NCBI GenBank assembly: GCA_040954595.2
Contig: CM082583.2
Coordinates: forward strand, 528,542 to 592,541
Origin: Balanoglossus misakiensis
Lineage: Eukaryota; Animalia; Hemichordata
DNA length: 64,000 nucleotides
Direction of reading: 5' to 3'
Shown here one piece after another: positions 1-10,650 of the stretch. The notes beneath the pieces are model-generated. The model was not told the DNA's origin, did not search any database, and worked only from the letters and a program-made list of their open reading frames with translations. The position numbers and the translations under genes were made by a program. Each line of letters opens with the position of its first letter. Position 1 is the stretch's first letter.

Positions 1-1188
1 GTCATCATCTATGTCATTTACTGAGTTTGGCATGAAGCAATATATGGGAAACCAAGAAAATGTCTACAAGATGGTTTATACAATCTTGGCAAGGTCCAGC
101 TCACTTTTCTTCACAAGAACTTCACCGTTCCGCGTCCACGCATACTTATAGCGTGCTGATTAGCGCTTCACGTTCGTCATCTTAAAAAGTTTGCGTGCTT
201 TTGGAGTTAGATTTTCATTTACGTAGATTTTGTTCCGATTGGCATATCCAATATCTCCAGTTGTAATGGTCGCTAGCTTCTTTTTGTTCCGGTGGATATA
301 GTCGCGTTTCTTCCTGCTTAAGAATCGCACAATGATTGGTCTTGGGAAAGTAGGTGCAGCATTGTCACCTGTATGCTTTTGACCTAATCTGTGGGTAATC
401 ACAATGTCGTGGTCACTGATACCTGGATCGATCTTTTTAGCACTCTTGTTACGATTGCATCTGTATTTTCTCCATCATCTGCACTTTCATGAATTCCATG
501 AAGTTCAATGTTTTCACGTCTATTGTATGATTCATACTTTCCATAGATTTCTCGAGCTCTGTGATGCGAGTGAAAAGCTGTTCATTCGTTTCTTTGACTT
601 CTTTATTTTCAAGCTCCAAAGTAGAAACTCGTCCACGTACTTCCTCTACAAGTCCGTTGAAGAACTCCAGTGACGAATTTATTGTGCTTTGGCTTTCTTT
701 GAGCTCAGCAATACTGATCAATAGTGCCGGTATGTGATTTACATGTGAACAGATTTCAGCAAGCCGGTTTTCTATTGATTGTGGTGTGCCAGCTGGAGGT
801 GTTGATTGGCAAGAGTCTGATGATCCAGATGGTGTTTGGTCTTTTCTTCTCGGCATCGTGAATGAGCACAGGTGTTCGATTACACAACGTGGGTTTTAAA
901 CAAAGGAGCAGAATTCCAGTACTATTTTGCATGCATAATGAGATCGACTGGAACTAACGGCAGGATTCTGTGTGCTGGCTTCGACTTGATAGATAAAAAT
1001 CAAAACTCACTTTTGACAAAAAGTTACAGCAATCTTCCGCAAAAATCCGTTGCCAGCTAATAGTCCACGCCTTCAAAAATCGACACATTGACCGGTGATG
1101 AAAACAAGTTCCAACTAAGGAGTGATTTTTGGCTCGTACCAAGAGACGATGTTGCTGAACTTGTCGACCATGCGCAGCGCCCTCTATC
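1..1188 (-). mobile_element. 5' part of a decayed non-LTR retrotransposon (CR1/L2/Crack-like), continuing off the left edge
   Basis: Carries a LINE ORF1-type pseudogene (next feature). A GC-richer leader starts near 1188 (GATAGAGGGCGCT on -). A possible ORF2 start (MPNSVNDIDDD) runs off the window edge. The 5' boundary is approximate. Confidence 0.65.
60..856 (-). pseudogene. LINE ORF1 protein (coiled coil plus L1-ORF1/FP25K-like RRM and C-terminal domain), disrupted
   Basis: ORF 449..856 gives the coiled coil. A 1-nt frameshift near 527 restores YNRRENIELHGI...HRLG...PRPIIVRF...IYVNENLT...YKYAWTRNGEVLVRK, motifs typical of this ORF1 class. In-frame stops occur at 160-162 and near 76. Confidence 0.8.
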
Positions 1189-1537
1189 CACATATGACAA
1201 ATGACATCACAATTTTTCTTAGGAATACCTACGCTGTACCGTGTCATGAGATAAAAAGACTGTTAATACTACCCATTTTTCCACTACCTTGTTAAGATGA
1301 CTATATGCTTGAGGAGACAATCCTCAAACCTCATAGACTCCCCATCTTCCCTACTTCAGTCACCGATTCCATTGCTGCTGCATGCCTGAGCAAATTTTGT
1401 TCAAATTTGGTGCAGTTTTTTGTTTCACAATATAATCCAAAAAAGACACTTTTGGTATCGTGTTTCACATTTGTTTGTTCAGAGTGGTGACAGTAATTGT
1501 GTCAGACCATTGTTTTCATTGTGATCTCTTCTTACAG

Positions 1538-3342
1538 CGTATTGAACGATGGTGGGGTGTGTTAAGAAGTAAAAGTGCAGATTGGTGGATTGACCATTTT
1601 AAGGTAAAGTATCATTTGGCTTGTACAAATGTGTTCTGCAAAACAAAATCAACTCAAACACAAAGATGGTTGTATAAGTGACAAAATTTGTATTCTCATA
1701 GAATGTGCCACAGCCCAAGATGCAATGTCATTAGTGGATGCAGTTGTGTGTAGGAATGAGAAAAATAACCAGTATAGCTCAAGTCAGCTCATATCATGAT
1801 GTTGAATTGTCCTGCAGAGTTTTTATACATGAGGACTAGGCTTTCCAAACATTTTTTTTCTTGGCCATGGCCTTGCAGGCAGTTTATACACAAGTACAAG
1901 ACCACATTCACTGACACATTTTACTGTAGCATTACAGGAAATTCACCACTATCAATTTTTTATCCCCTAGGATTTGGTATCAATGGGTCATTTGCAGTTA
2001 GGTGACCCGGTCAACATGTGAGTTGATACACTTTATGTTTTGTTTCAAGTAATGAAAGAAATTCCATTATTCAATCTGTCAATGTTTGCACAGAGCAGAG
2101 AAGAAACAGACACAGACAGGATGGTAGAGACATAGACAGGAGATCAAATATTGCAGTTCGTTTGAAATCCGTAGATCTGCTGGAAATCATATTTTTAACT
2201 GGATGAATTTCCATAAACTTGTAACATTATGCTATTTGTTAAGTATGATAAAATGCACATATTATTCCCAAGCATCTTGAAATCAATTTGCATTTTTTCT
2301 TTCAGAATGAGTATGCAGTTTTGTTATTTTTCTGTCATGCAAAGGGAACTGGATGAGGTAGTTGAGAGGTGGAACCACCACAGAATAAGGCGACAAAATA
2401 AAGGAGATTCTGTATCAGGCATTCCAGAAATTCTCTATACCTGTCCTGAGTTACTAGGTACTTTTTTATTGCAACAAAATAAAGAAACCAACAAAGATTC
2501 ATTAAAATTGCAGAAATGCTACCTAATCTGGACCCTGTGACTGAATGTAGATCACAAGTCATGTGGGTATTTCACTCATTAGGTCAACATAAGGCTTATC
2601 CATGAAGTAAATGACATGCAGTGTTTAAAGCATAAATCATGAACATTGGAAAGTTTCGTCAACAAAAATCTCAAGATTACATAACATCTGCAGAGAATGA
2701 TAGAAAAATAACATTTCAATCACTTCATTGCTTAAGGTAAATAAAATAAAATAACTTAATATACATCTGGCACCAAGAACAATAGATACTCCAATATAAA
2801 CAAAAAAGAAAGATGGCTGCTCAGTGTGTACTGTGTTTCAGCTGATCGGTTATGGTTGATCGTACCAGCGTTTTGAAAGCCAAATAATATGCAACACAAG
2901 AACTAACTGAGATGTAAGATGTACAATAATAATTTTATTATGAAAATACCACAAAGTATATATTTGGACATTAGCATAGTGCATCGCCCTCCGCTACGCA
3001 TCAGGCGATACGTGGCGCTAATGTCCTTGAGCATACTTTGCAGTATTTTCGTAATACCCTCATAGTATTTAACCCATACATAAATTCTTATTTGAACAAA
3101 CATATTTTGTTATTTCAGACCGCCCTAATTGTCGGAACTACATACATTCAGTCAACGCTGGCTCTCAAACTTTCTTGCTATGCAAGTCACAGTGTAACTT
3201 TAATAATGGTTGCAATGAAGATTTCGCAGTTGTGGCACGGAACATATGCCAAATGAATGGATGGAATCATGAACCCACTACAGCATTTGCAGCAAAAGAA
3301 CTCTACTTGCACTTGACACCTTGCCTTGAAGAACTTTTCTAA
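1538..3342 (+). CDS. Integrase-core/DDE transposase (IS3EU-like), last four exons: 1538-1603, 1971-2017, 2306-2457, 3119-3342
   Basis: All junctions are GT-AG and phase-consistent (0,2,1). Translation: RIERWWGVLRSKSADWWIDHFK-DLVSMGHLQLGDPVNI-MSMQFCYFSVMQRELDEVVERWNHHRIRRQNKGDSVSGIPEILYTCPELL-DRPNC...AKELYLHLTPCLEELF*. RIERxW, WNxHxIR and GxPxxLY are typical of this eukaryotic integrase-core family. Upstream exons are not in the window. Confidence 0.85.
2936..3056. mobile_element. Small palindromic MITE-like element in an intron
   Basis: TTATGAAAATACCACAAAGTAT is mirrored by ATACTTTGCAGTATTTTCGTAA, with an inner inverted pair GACATTAGC/GCTAATGTC. Confidence 0.5.
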
Positions 3343-3382
3343 ACTACACAACTAAAGAGAACAATACAACAGCTAATACTTT

Positions 3383-3581
3383 AGAGGCCGTTCAGTTTTC
3401 ATGGCTTGGGGCAAGTTTGTGTCATCTGTTTTCAAAAACAGGCAGACCCCCCCCCCCATTCCCTTTACACGGGACCAAAAAATGATGACCCCCCTTTTGA
3501 ATTTCCAAATTTAAGTGACACCCCCTTGATTTTGCCGACTCCCCCTACCTACCTCCCGCCGTAAAAACTGAATGGTCCCCT
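3383..3581. mobile_element. MITE (PIF/Harbinger-like termini) between the convergent genes
   Basis: Imperfect TIRs AGAGGCCGTTCAGTTTTCATGGC / GCCGTAAAAACTGAATGGTCCCCT around a C-run-rich interior. Confidence 0.55.
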
Positions 3582-3609
3582 AGTAAAAAAAAATGTTCAC
3601 AAGTACAGT

Positions 3610-6600
3610 TCAAAACAGCCCACACAGAAGAACATCATCATAGTTTGTTAGGGTGTCATCCAGGTCACCACTAATCTGTTGAACAAATAAAAAAGTGATT
3701 TCATGCATTAAAAAACATTGTTTATCATATTCATGTGTATGTACTGACATTTTGTGATGCGAAATAAAACTTGGTAATCAGAATAGCTGTACTATGTGAA
3801 CATTTGGATTCTGTTTCACGAGACTGAAGAATGTTGTGCATTTTTGGACAACTCGATTTTCAGTATAAAACTGCTAAAAAAGACAGTTGATCAATCTCTC
3901 AAAATTGGCAAACACCGAAATATGCAAATATCATCAAAAAAATTTAAAATTATTAAATTACCTCTTTCACTAGCATCATTTCTGGTAGATATTCTACGAA
4001 AAGGAAGTCAGCCTCAGCTGTGGCATGGTATTCATGCTGACACTGAAAATCAACACAGTTGGGAGGATCGAAACATTGCAGAAAAAATCTGCAAGGAAGA
4101 TCTTCTGAATCAACTGTACCGCAAATCCAATCAAAGACATCCTGCAAAGCAAATAGATTCTTTTATGTTTACAATTATAATGCTAGAATATGATGATTAA
4201 TCCAAACCTTGGTTTCTTTATTTTGGTATGACTGCAGTTACACTCAGAAATGCCTTACATTGTAAGGCTGCAACGGACTGTATTTGAACAGTGAACATGA
4301 AACACACAATTTACACTTGATGGCCCATATCTTGACTTACTTTGAGTGTATCTAGGTCTCTGAATGGCCTTTCCAGGACCTCATCGTTCACCATGATGCA
4401 GATTTGTCTTTTCCTTTCGTTAATCAAGGGCAATCTTATATTTTCGGCTCTGGCCTGTGCTGCCTGTAAAGAAATAAACACATTGAGTGTCATAACCTGA
4501 GCAGACAATTCACTGACTAACCGGTTCCTAGGGAAGAGATTGCCTTGCCTAACGTGAAATAGGTATGTGGATGAGAAAGTACAAAACAAACATTTAGTAG
4601 AATGCACCTCTGAGCTTTAAATTTTTAGACATTGGACCTAAAAATTAACAATTTATCAAAAACTATCCTATAAATGTAAAAATGAAGAATTTATCAAAAA
4701 CTACAAAGACAATCAACACGTTTCAATCCAGTATTAACATCATTGCCCAAACTGTCACTTTGGTGTAGGAGTATAACCAATCCAGTCAAATGTATGACTC
4801 AGAATCAAAATTCGACTAAACTTACATCTTTCCTCTGCAATTTCCTTTGAGCTTGTTTCTCTCTTTCCTGTAACGTTAATATTGATACCATTTAATACCT
4901 TAGACTAATCAATATCCCCCAGGGGCGGCCTAAACATCACATGTGAAAGCCCCATTTGTTTAAGAGTCATTCCATAATCTTTCAACACCTTTGCAAATAC
5001 CAGTCAGAGTTATTTTCCATCATATCTGCTCTGACTGTCCCCATATTTCCTCATGCAGCAGTAAAACCTGTCTAATCTTGAAACCTATCTATATTGAACA
5101 CATGTTCCTGTCCCTTTGACATGGAACCACATGTTAAAAGAACCCCTATAAACCAGACACCTTTGCAAATGGAATAATTTCTTCAGTCACTTTGGTGTTC
5201 AGTTTCGACAGGTTTTACTGTAGCAGAATAGACATTTTGCCAATAAATACAATTGGTATTGACTAGAAGTGCCTGATCATTCGAATATTTATTCGGAGAA
5301 CCTGCTCCATCATTTATAGTAGTTAATTAAGGTGGCATTGCATGAAAAGTTGTGATTTTTGCCAAATTTTACTTTTTTACATAAATCGGTAGGCCTAACA
5401 CTGACCCACAACCTGACTAATACGTCTTGGCGGAAATGGTGCATAATCACCCCAAAATAGCACTTTTCTGAATGAGTTCACAGCTTAACAAATAGGTGTC
5501 AACAATGCAAATAGCCGTTTTTCTCAGTTTGCATTTTCGCTGCTCTTGACAACTTCGGACTAAAATAGCTTCGCCCTGCGTCGGCCGAATTTGCTCAAAT
5601 TTTGACAGGGAATTGTGTATGACCCATCCAACAAAACGCTAGTTTTGTTTGTCGATAAAGTGTCCCTGGCGGGAATAAACTCTGATTCAATACAACTCAC
5701 CGTGAATTTGATCAAATTTTCTGAAAATCTAACTTTTAAACGCTGTTACTCCTCAATGGAAGCAGATAACGCAAAACAAAATTAGCGTTTTTTTGCACGT
5801 GTACTCTAGTTTTGAATGACATATTAAGATGCATGATGCATGGTCAACTGTTTTACCTATTTTAAATTTCATGACATAATATCAAAAAATGGTTTTTTTC
5901 ACCCAAAATCGCCACCATTTCCGGGGATCAATAATATTTGCAACTCAAACAAAAGTTCAAAATCTCAGCTTCCAGAATATATATGGTTTATGGGGGTTTT
6001 AACTTTTTCTTTGATGAGAAATAGGCCTCTGAAAAAGTCTCGACGGTTTCATGCAGTGCCACCTTAATCATGTCTAACCTGTTCTGAATTCAATGCCTGT
6101 TCAGCAGTACATTCTTTCATGGATTCCTCACATGAAGCTGCCACCTCCTCCACCACTGTTATGTCAACAGAATTTTCAACCGCAATCACTTCTACATCTT
6201 CATTGACACCATCACAGGACACAGGATCACAGGACACAGGATCACAGAACACTAACTTTTCATTGTCAGTACCCTATAACAGAAAATAAAAAAATGAAAT
6301 ATCTATCTGGCTGTAATTATGATTTTGTAAAATGTTGCTGTTTTGTGCTTAAACTATATTTTTTGTTCCCCATAAATTTTGTTGAAATGTCAAGATTTCA
6401 ATTCATCGCCAGTAGATACTGTATGCCACACTGTATTACAAACCATGACATCACTGGCAGACTAAATTTCACATGTTAAAATATTCATGCCATTATACCT
6501 TGACCATTTCTTGTTCTTGTTCAGGTTCCTCTTGCTGCTCGAACTCTTTGTCTTGCAGTTGCAGCTTCTTTTGAACAAAGGATGCTTTCAAAGAATGTTT

Positions 6601-9092
6601 TGCTGTGGAATACAAAAAAAAAATACACAATACAGAAATGCCCTGAAAATTGATAAGCACATCAGCATAGCTCACATATGCATAAAGAAACTGTTAATTA
6701 TTTACTACTGAGTTTTAGTCCATACTAAAATCATTTCTCAATGTTGACTATACAAAGACCAGATGTTCTCGTAGGAGGATCCTTAAACCTTTGGCAATGA
6801 AACTACAAACCATAGTTCTAACCTGGGACTACACATAACAAAAGGACAGATTTACTCTGGAAAATAGGTCATTAAAGGGACAATGTCTCTCTCTTGCTGC
6901 CCCTTTTCCATTAATTATGTTTGATACAAGACACCGTTTATGTTATTATATGTGTGGATATATAGTGAATCAACGTTCAACCACACACACCTTCCATTCG
7001 GCTTGAAGACATGAGTGAAAAAAAATCGCCAAAATGAATAATATTCCTCTACCATTTTTTCATTTGGGGCGAGTTTTTATTCTCATATCATCATACAAGT
7101 GAAATGGAAGTTGTGTGTGGTCGAATGTTGATTCGCTGTATGTCTACATGTAAAAACATAGCAACATAGCAATAAGCACATCTGCTCTGGATGCCAAGAT
7201 ATGGAAAAGTAGGTCAAAGGTCACCTGAGGTCATGCAAAATTTGGGCATAAAATTTTGACCCTATACTGGTCCATGTTCAACAAAAACCAAACCTATAGC
7301 CCTATTGGTTAGCCTGGAATTAGGTATGCACATAATTAATGAGATATGCAAGTGTCACAGGTGACCCCCAATTTTGGCTTTTCAATTTTAGTCCCAACCC
7401 TCCAAACGCGAAGTCTCTACCTGCTCTGGATGCCAAGATATGATAAAGTAGGTCAAAGGTCACCTGAGGTCATGCAAAATTTGGGCAAGAAATTTTGACC
7501 TTATACTGGTCCATGTTCAATAAAAACCAAACCTAAAGCCTTATTGGTTAGCCTGGAATTAGGTATGCACATAATTAATGTGTTAAGCAGGTGTTACAGG
7601 TGAGCCCAAAAATTTGCCTTTTATTTTGGCCCCATTGTGCTCACTGACCAATAGACAGTCACTGTACAGGACTATTGCACAGACCAGAACTCCACAATAA
7701 GACGTGGACATAGCTTAACCATAGAGGTATAAGTAAAGGTATAAATTTAATAAAAAGACTAAAAAATTCATAAAAAATAAAACATCCATGATATTAACTT
7801 AACACTTACAGGTCGATGTGAGGTTGACATAAGGTACATGCATACCAATTTTTAAAGCAATCTGAGCAGTAGTTGTTGACTTTCAGAGTTTTGATAAATT
7901 TCACATTTTACTGGCTAATTTGCATATTTTTGGGCCTGGCAACTTCGTTTGGACAAACTCCCATCTACAGCCCTGCCTGCATCTGCACACCAAATATCAA
8001 GGTGATACGCGCAGCGGTTTTCAAGTTTTTGATGTGGACGGACATACAGACATACATACATACATCCATACAGACACAACCCATCCCATAAGGTCCCATG
8101 GTATATAGGCCTATACCAATGGGACCTAATAACACAAACAATATCTTGTATCAAACATAATTAATGTAAAAAAGCAGCAAGAAGCAGAGAGAGACTTTGC
8201 CTTAAGGGGTCACTGATAGACAAGGCTGAAACTTTTTTAGTGCAACCTTTGAGTCAGATAATCAAGTTAATCAAGTATAATGCACCTGTGCACTTACACA
8301 ATCAAAGTGGTGGAACTTGGAGGTAGCATTGTTGGAATAAAAGTGCCCATACTTGGGCCATTGTCACATGACCAGACAGGTACCACTATCCTGCAATTTT
8401 GCAAATACATGTCTAAAATGGCATTTGTTGAATTTGTTATGTTCATGCCAGGCTTTGCATAATTGCATGATAGCATGAATATACCAACCATAAAGTCCAC
8501 CATGCCAATGATACCCACTGGATAATGGGGTCTGCCCAGTCATGTGACAATGACAGAAATGGCGCTTTTCTTCCAACAAAACAAGTTCTGCCACTTCTAT
8601 TTTTGTCTGTTTTTGTTTAAAAAGCAGCAAGTGAATAATAAAAAACTACCATGACTTTTTAACCTGGATAATCCAACACAAAACGGGCACAAAGAAAAAA
8701 AACAACCTTTCAATTTATCCAGTTAAATACTTGACACAACTTGTGACAATGTAAATAGACATGATTTACTCACTCTGCCCAACTGCAAACATGAAGACTG
8801 GCAACTTGTCTGTCTTCGCCTTCATACTTTTGTATTTTGCCTTCAGGTCTTTTAATTGGAAATTCATTGGGTCCTTCATCCTTATGAACACTCCTATGTC
8901 ATTCATCTCATAAGGTACAAAATCCACGTCGATGAAGTGTGCCGATACACTCTGGGCCCAGTGCATGGCATTTGAGCCACTGTCCACGGTAATGGCCACC
9001 TGACTTTTTCTGCCGACAGCTGATGGTAGTACTGCCCCCATTTTCTTTAGAACTCCTTTACTGTCTTTTGTCAGTGGTGTAACATTTAACAC
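3610..9092 (-). CDS. Multi-exon protein with acidic/coiled-coil region and C-terminal UBX-like domain; exons 9092-8774, 6602-6499, 6273-6079, 4867-4826, 4463-4341, 4141-3962, 3675-3610; start codon not identified
   Basis: Seven exons with polypyrimidine-AG acceptors and GT donors join in one open frame (phases 1,0,0,0,0,0). It includes EREKQAQRKLQRKD-AAQARAENIRLP...VLERPFRDLDTLK-DVFDWICG and ends ...DDVLLCGLF*. The RxF...DTL.DV(F/Y)DW pattern resembles a UBX fold (inference). Confidence 0.75.
5059..5220. mobile_element. Tc1/mariner(pogo)-type MITE
   Basis: Perfect 14-bp TIR CAGTAAAACCTGTC / GACAGGTTTTACTG, followed by TA on the right. Confidence 0.7.
5331..6063. mobile_element. Non-autonomous Kolobok-type DNA transposon
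   Basis: TTAA on both sides (5327-5330, 6064-6067). 17-bp TIR GGTGGCATTGCATGAAA / TTTCATGCAGTGCCACC with one mismatch. Purine-purine termini. Confidence 0.8.
6872..8205. mobile_element. Fold-back (Kolobok-like) MITE split by a nested insertion
   Basis: Starts TTAAAGGGACA. ATTAATTATGTTTGATACAAGA (~6910) is mirrored by TCTTGTATCAAACATAATTAAT (~8143). Inner arms at ~6965-7000 and ~7103-7136 are also inverted. Ends in TTAA at 8202-8205. Confidence 0.65.
7171..8132 (+). mobile_element. Non-autonomous Helentron-like (HINE/DINE/pearl-like) element
   Basis: Internal 239-bp tandem repeat (copies at 7182 and 7421), a GACG/GACA/TACA microsatellite at ~8037-8076, a terminal hairpin AGGTCCCAT...ATGGGACCT (8091-8127), then AATAA. 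Confidence 0.7.
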
Positions 9093-9539
9093 CTGAATGA
9101 AAATGTTACAAAATAGGGTAAACATCAAAATTTTAATAAATGTATGTAAAATGGCATGAATATAAACTTAAATTTTCATAAAATCAGGAAATAACTAACA
9201 AGGAAAAGACTTGTACATTGCATGGATATGAAGAAAACATGTGTTATAACTCCTAGCAATTACGTATAATGCTTAAAGGCTGAACTGTACATAACCTTGG
9301 TCTATACTTTCCTGTGTATGTATACTCTACACTTCTATTCTATTCCCTAAAGCATGATGAAATTACCAGTGTCTAGAATGTTTACCTTGTCTGTAAATTA
9401 GATGATGAGAAATTAAATACATGTACTGGGCAATTCATCATGCTATTGGGTGTAGAATGGAAAGAAAACAAAAGTGTAGACAAAATACAAAAAGGTTAGT
9501 GGTGGGGGGGGGGACTAAAACATGCCATTGGCAGCTCAC

Positions 9540-10480
9540 GAGTCAGTCAATGGCCAGTCAGTGTTTGCCTGTTGATCTGTGTGTGAGCATGGACACTTTC
9601 ATCTGTATTTCCAAACACATAAACACCTAGCAGTGAGACAGGAACATCCACTGAAAAGGAAATCCTGTCACCCTCAAATTGGTTTCCTTTCCATGTGTTT
9701 GGATTTTTTTCATTGATGAAACGCCGCGCCACAATGGCATTATTTGGAACCACATTTCTTGTGATTACATCCACATAACCAGGAACAGGAAAATTGCATC
9801 CAGGATGTCGAACTGCTTTTAATATCTGGAAGATGGGGAAGAAATGGCTCAAAACAAAAGGGGGCATCCATATCATTGCCATTGACACCCTGAAGTTTCC
9901 TTTCCACCCATAAAAACAATGCATTCAAAAGTGTGTCTTCCTTTACCGAAAGCGTCTGACGCTGAATTATTTTTACAACTATGCTTTCAGGAAGTTGAAG
10001 AAAATCTTCCAAAACTTGCTCAGAATTAAACAGTTTAACACCATTCTGATCAATTATTGACAGACAGTGTTCAAAAGTACTATCTAACTGGTATTTCTGA
10101 CAAAATACAAGGTCTCTAATACTGCGGGAAGTTACAATGTTGGAAATTAAAAATGATTCACATTTCTCTTTTAAAGAATTTATCATGTAAAAGTTACATA
10201 TCTCCACATAATCTTCAACATTTTCACTTGTAATATTTAACTTTTCAAAATAAAAATCATCAATGACATTTTGCATGAGTAAGGGATCAAAGTCAGAACA
10301 ATCAATGGTTTTGTCGTTGGCCCATTCCGAATGCAAACGGGCGGCAAACACATCCGAAAAAAGACACAACACCAATGAATGGGCCCTTCTCGTCTGACCA
10401 TCTCTGAAGCGAAGGATGACATCATTTGCTACAGTGTCTTGGTTTCTATATGAAGTTTGCAATTTTTGGGCCAGTAACAT
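9540..10480 (-). pseudogene. BTB-BACK-PHR protein (BTBD1/2/3/6-like architecture), frameshifted and truncated
   Basis: An acceptor at 10488-10486 precedes the ATG at 10480. BTB motifs DVILRF...AHSLVLCLFSDVFAARL and BACK motifs FLQLPESIVVKIIQRQTLSVKEDTLLNALFLW are present. The frame changes near 9830 after FEPFLPHL. A PHR-like DRISFSVDVPVSLLGVYVFG lies in ORF 9547..9924, with TGA at 9547-9549. Confidence 0.8.
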
Positions 10481-10650
10481 GATGTCTGCAAGTGTAACAA
10501 AGGTATAACACCAGTATTGTATCAGTTTAGTTGTATATCGACACAAACTGAATAGCTCAGGGCCTAACTGTATCCTAATTATATTGGAAAATATCTGAAT
10601 TGTTAGATTGTTCATTTTATCAGTTTATTACCATTTTGGTAGGAAATTCT

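Noticed and set aside
9547-9549. Selenocysteine readthrough of the TGA in the PHR frame
   Set aside because: No SECIS was recognised and the gene already has an upstream frameshift, so a nonsense mutation or truncation is simpler.
9740-10615. 291-aa ORF as an intact host BTB gene starting at 10615
   Set aside because: The first 45 codons precede a clear splice acceptor and the ATG at 10480, and the C-terminus is out of frame with the PHR domain.
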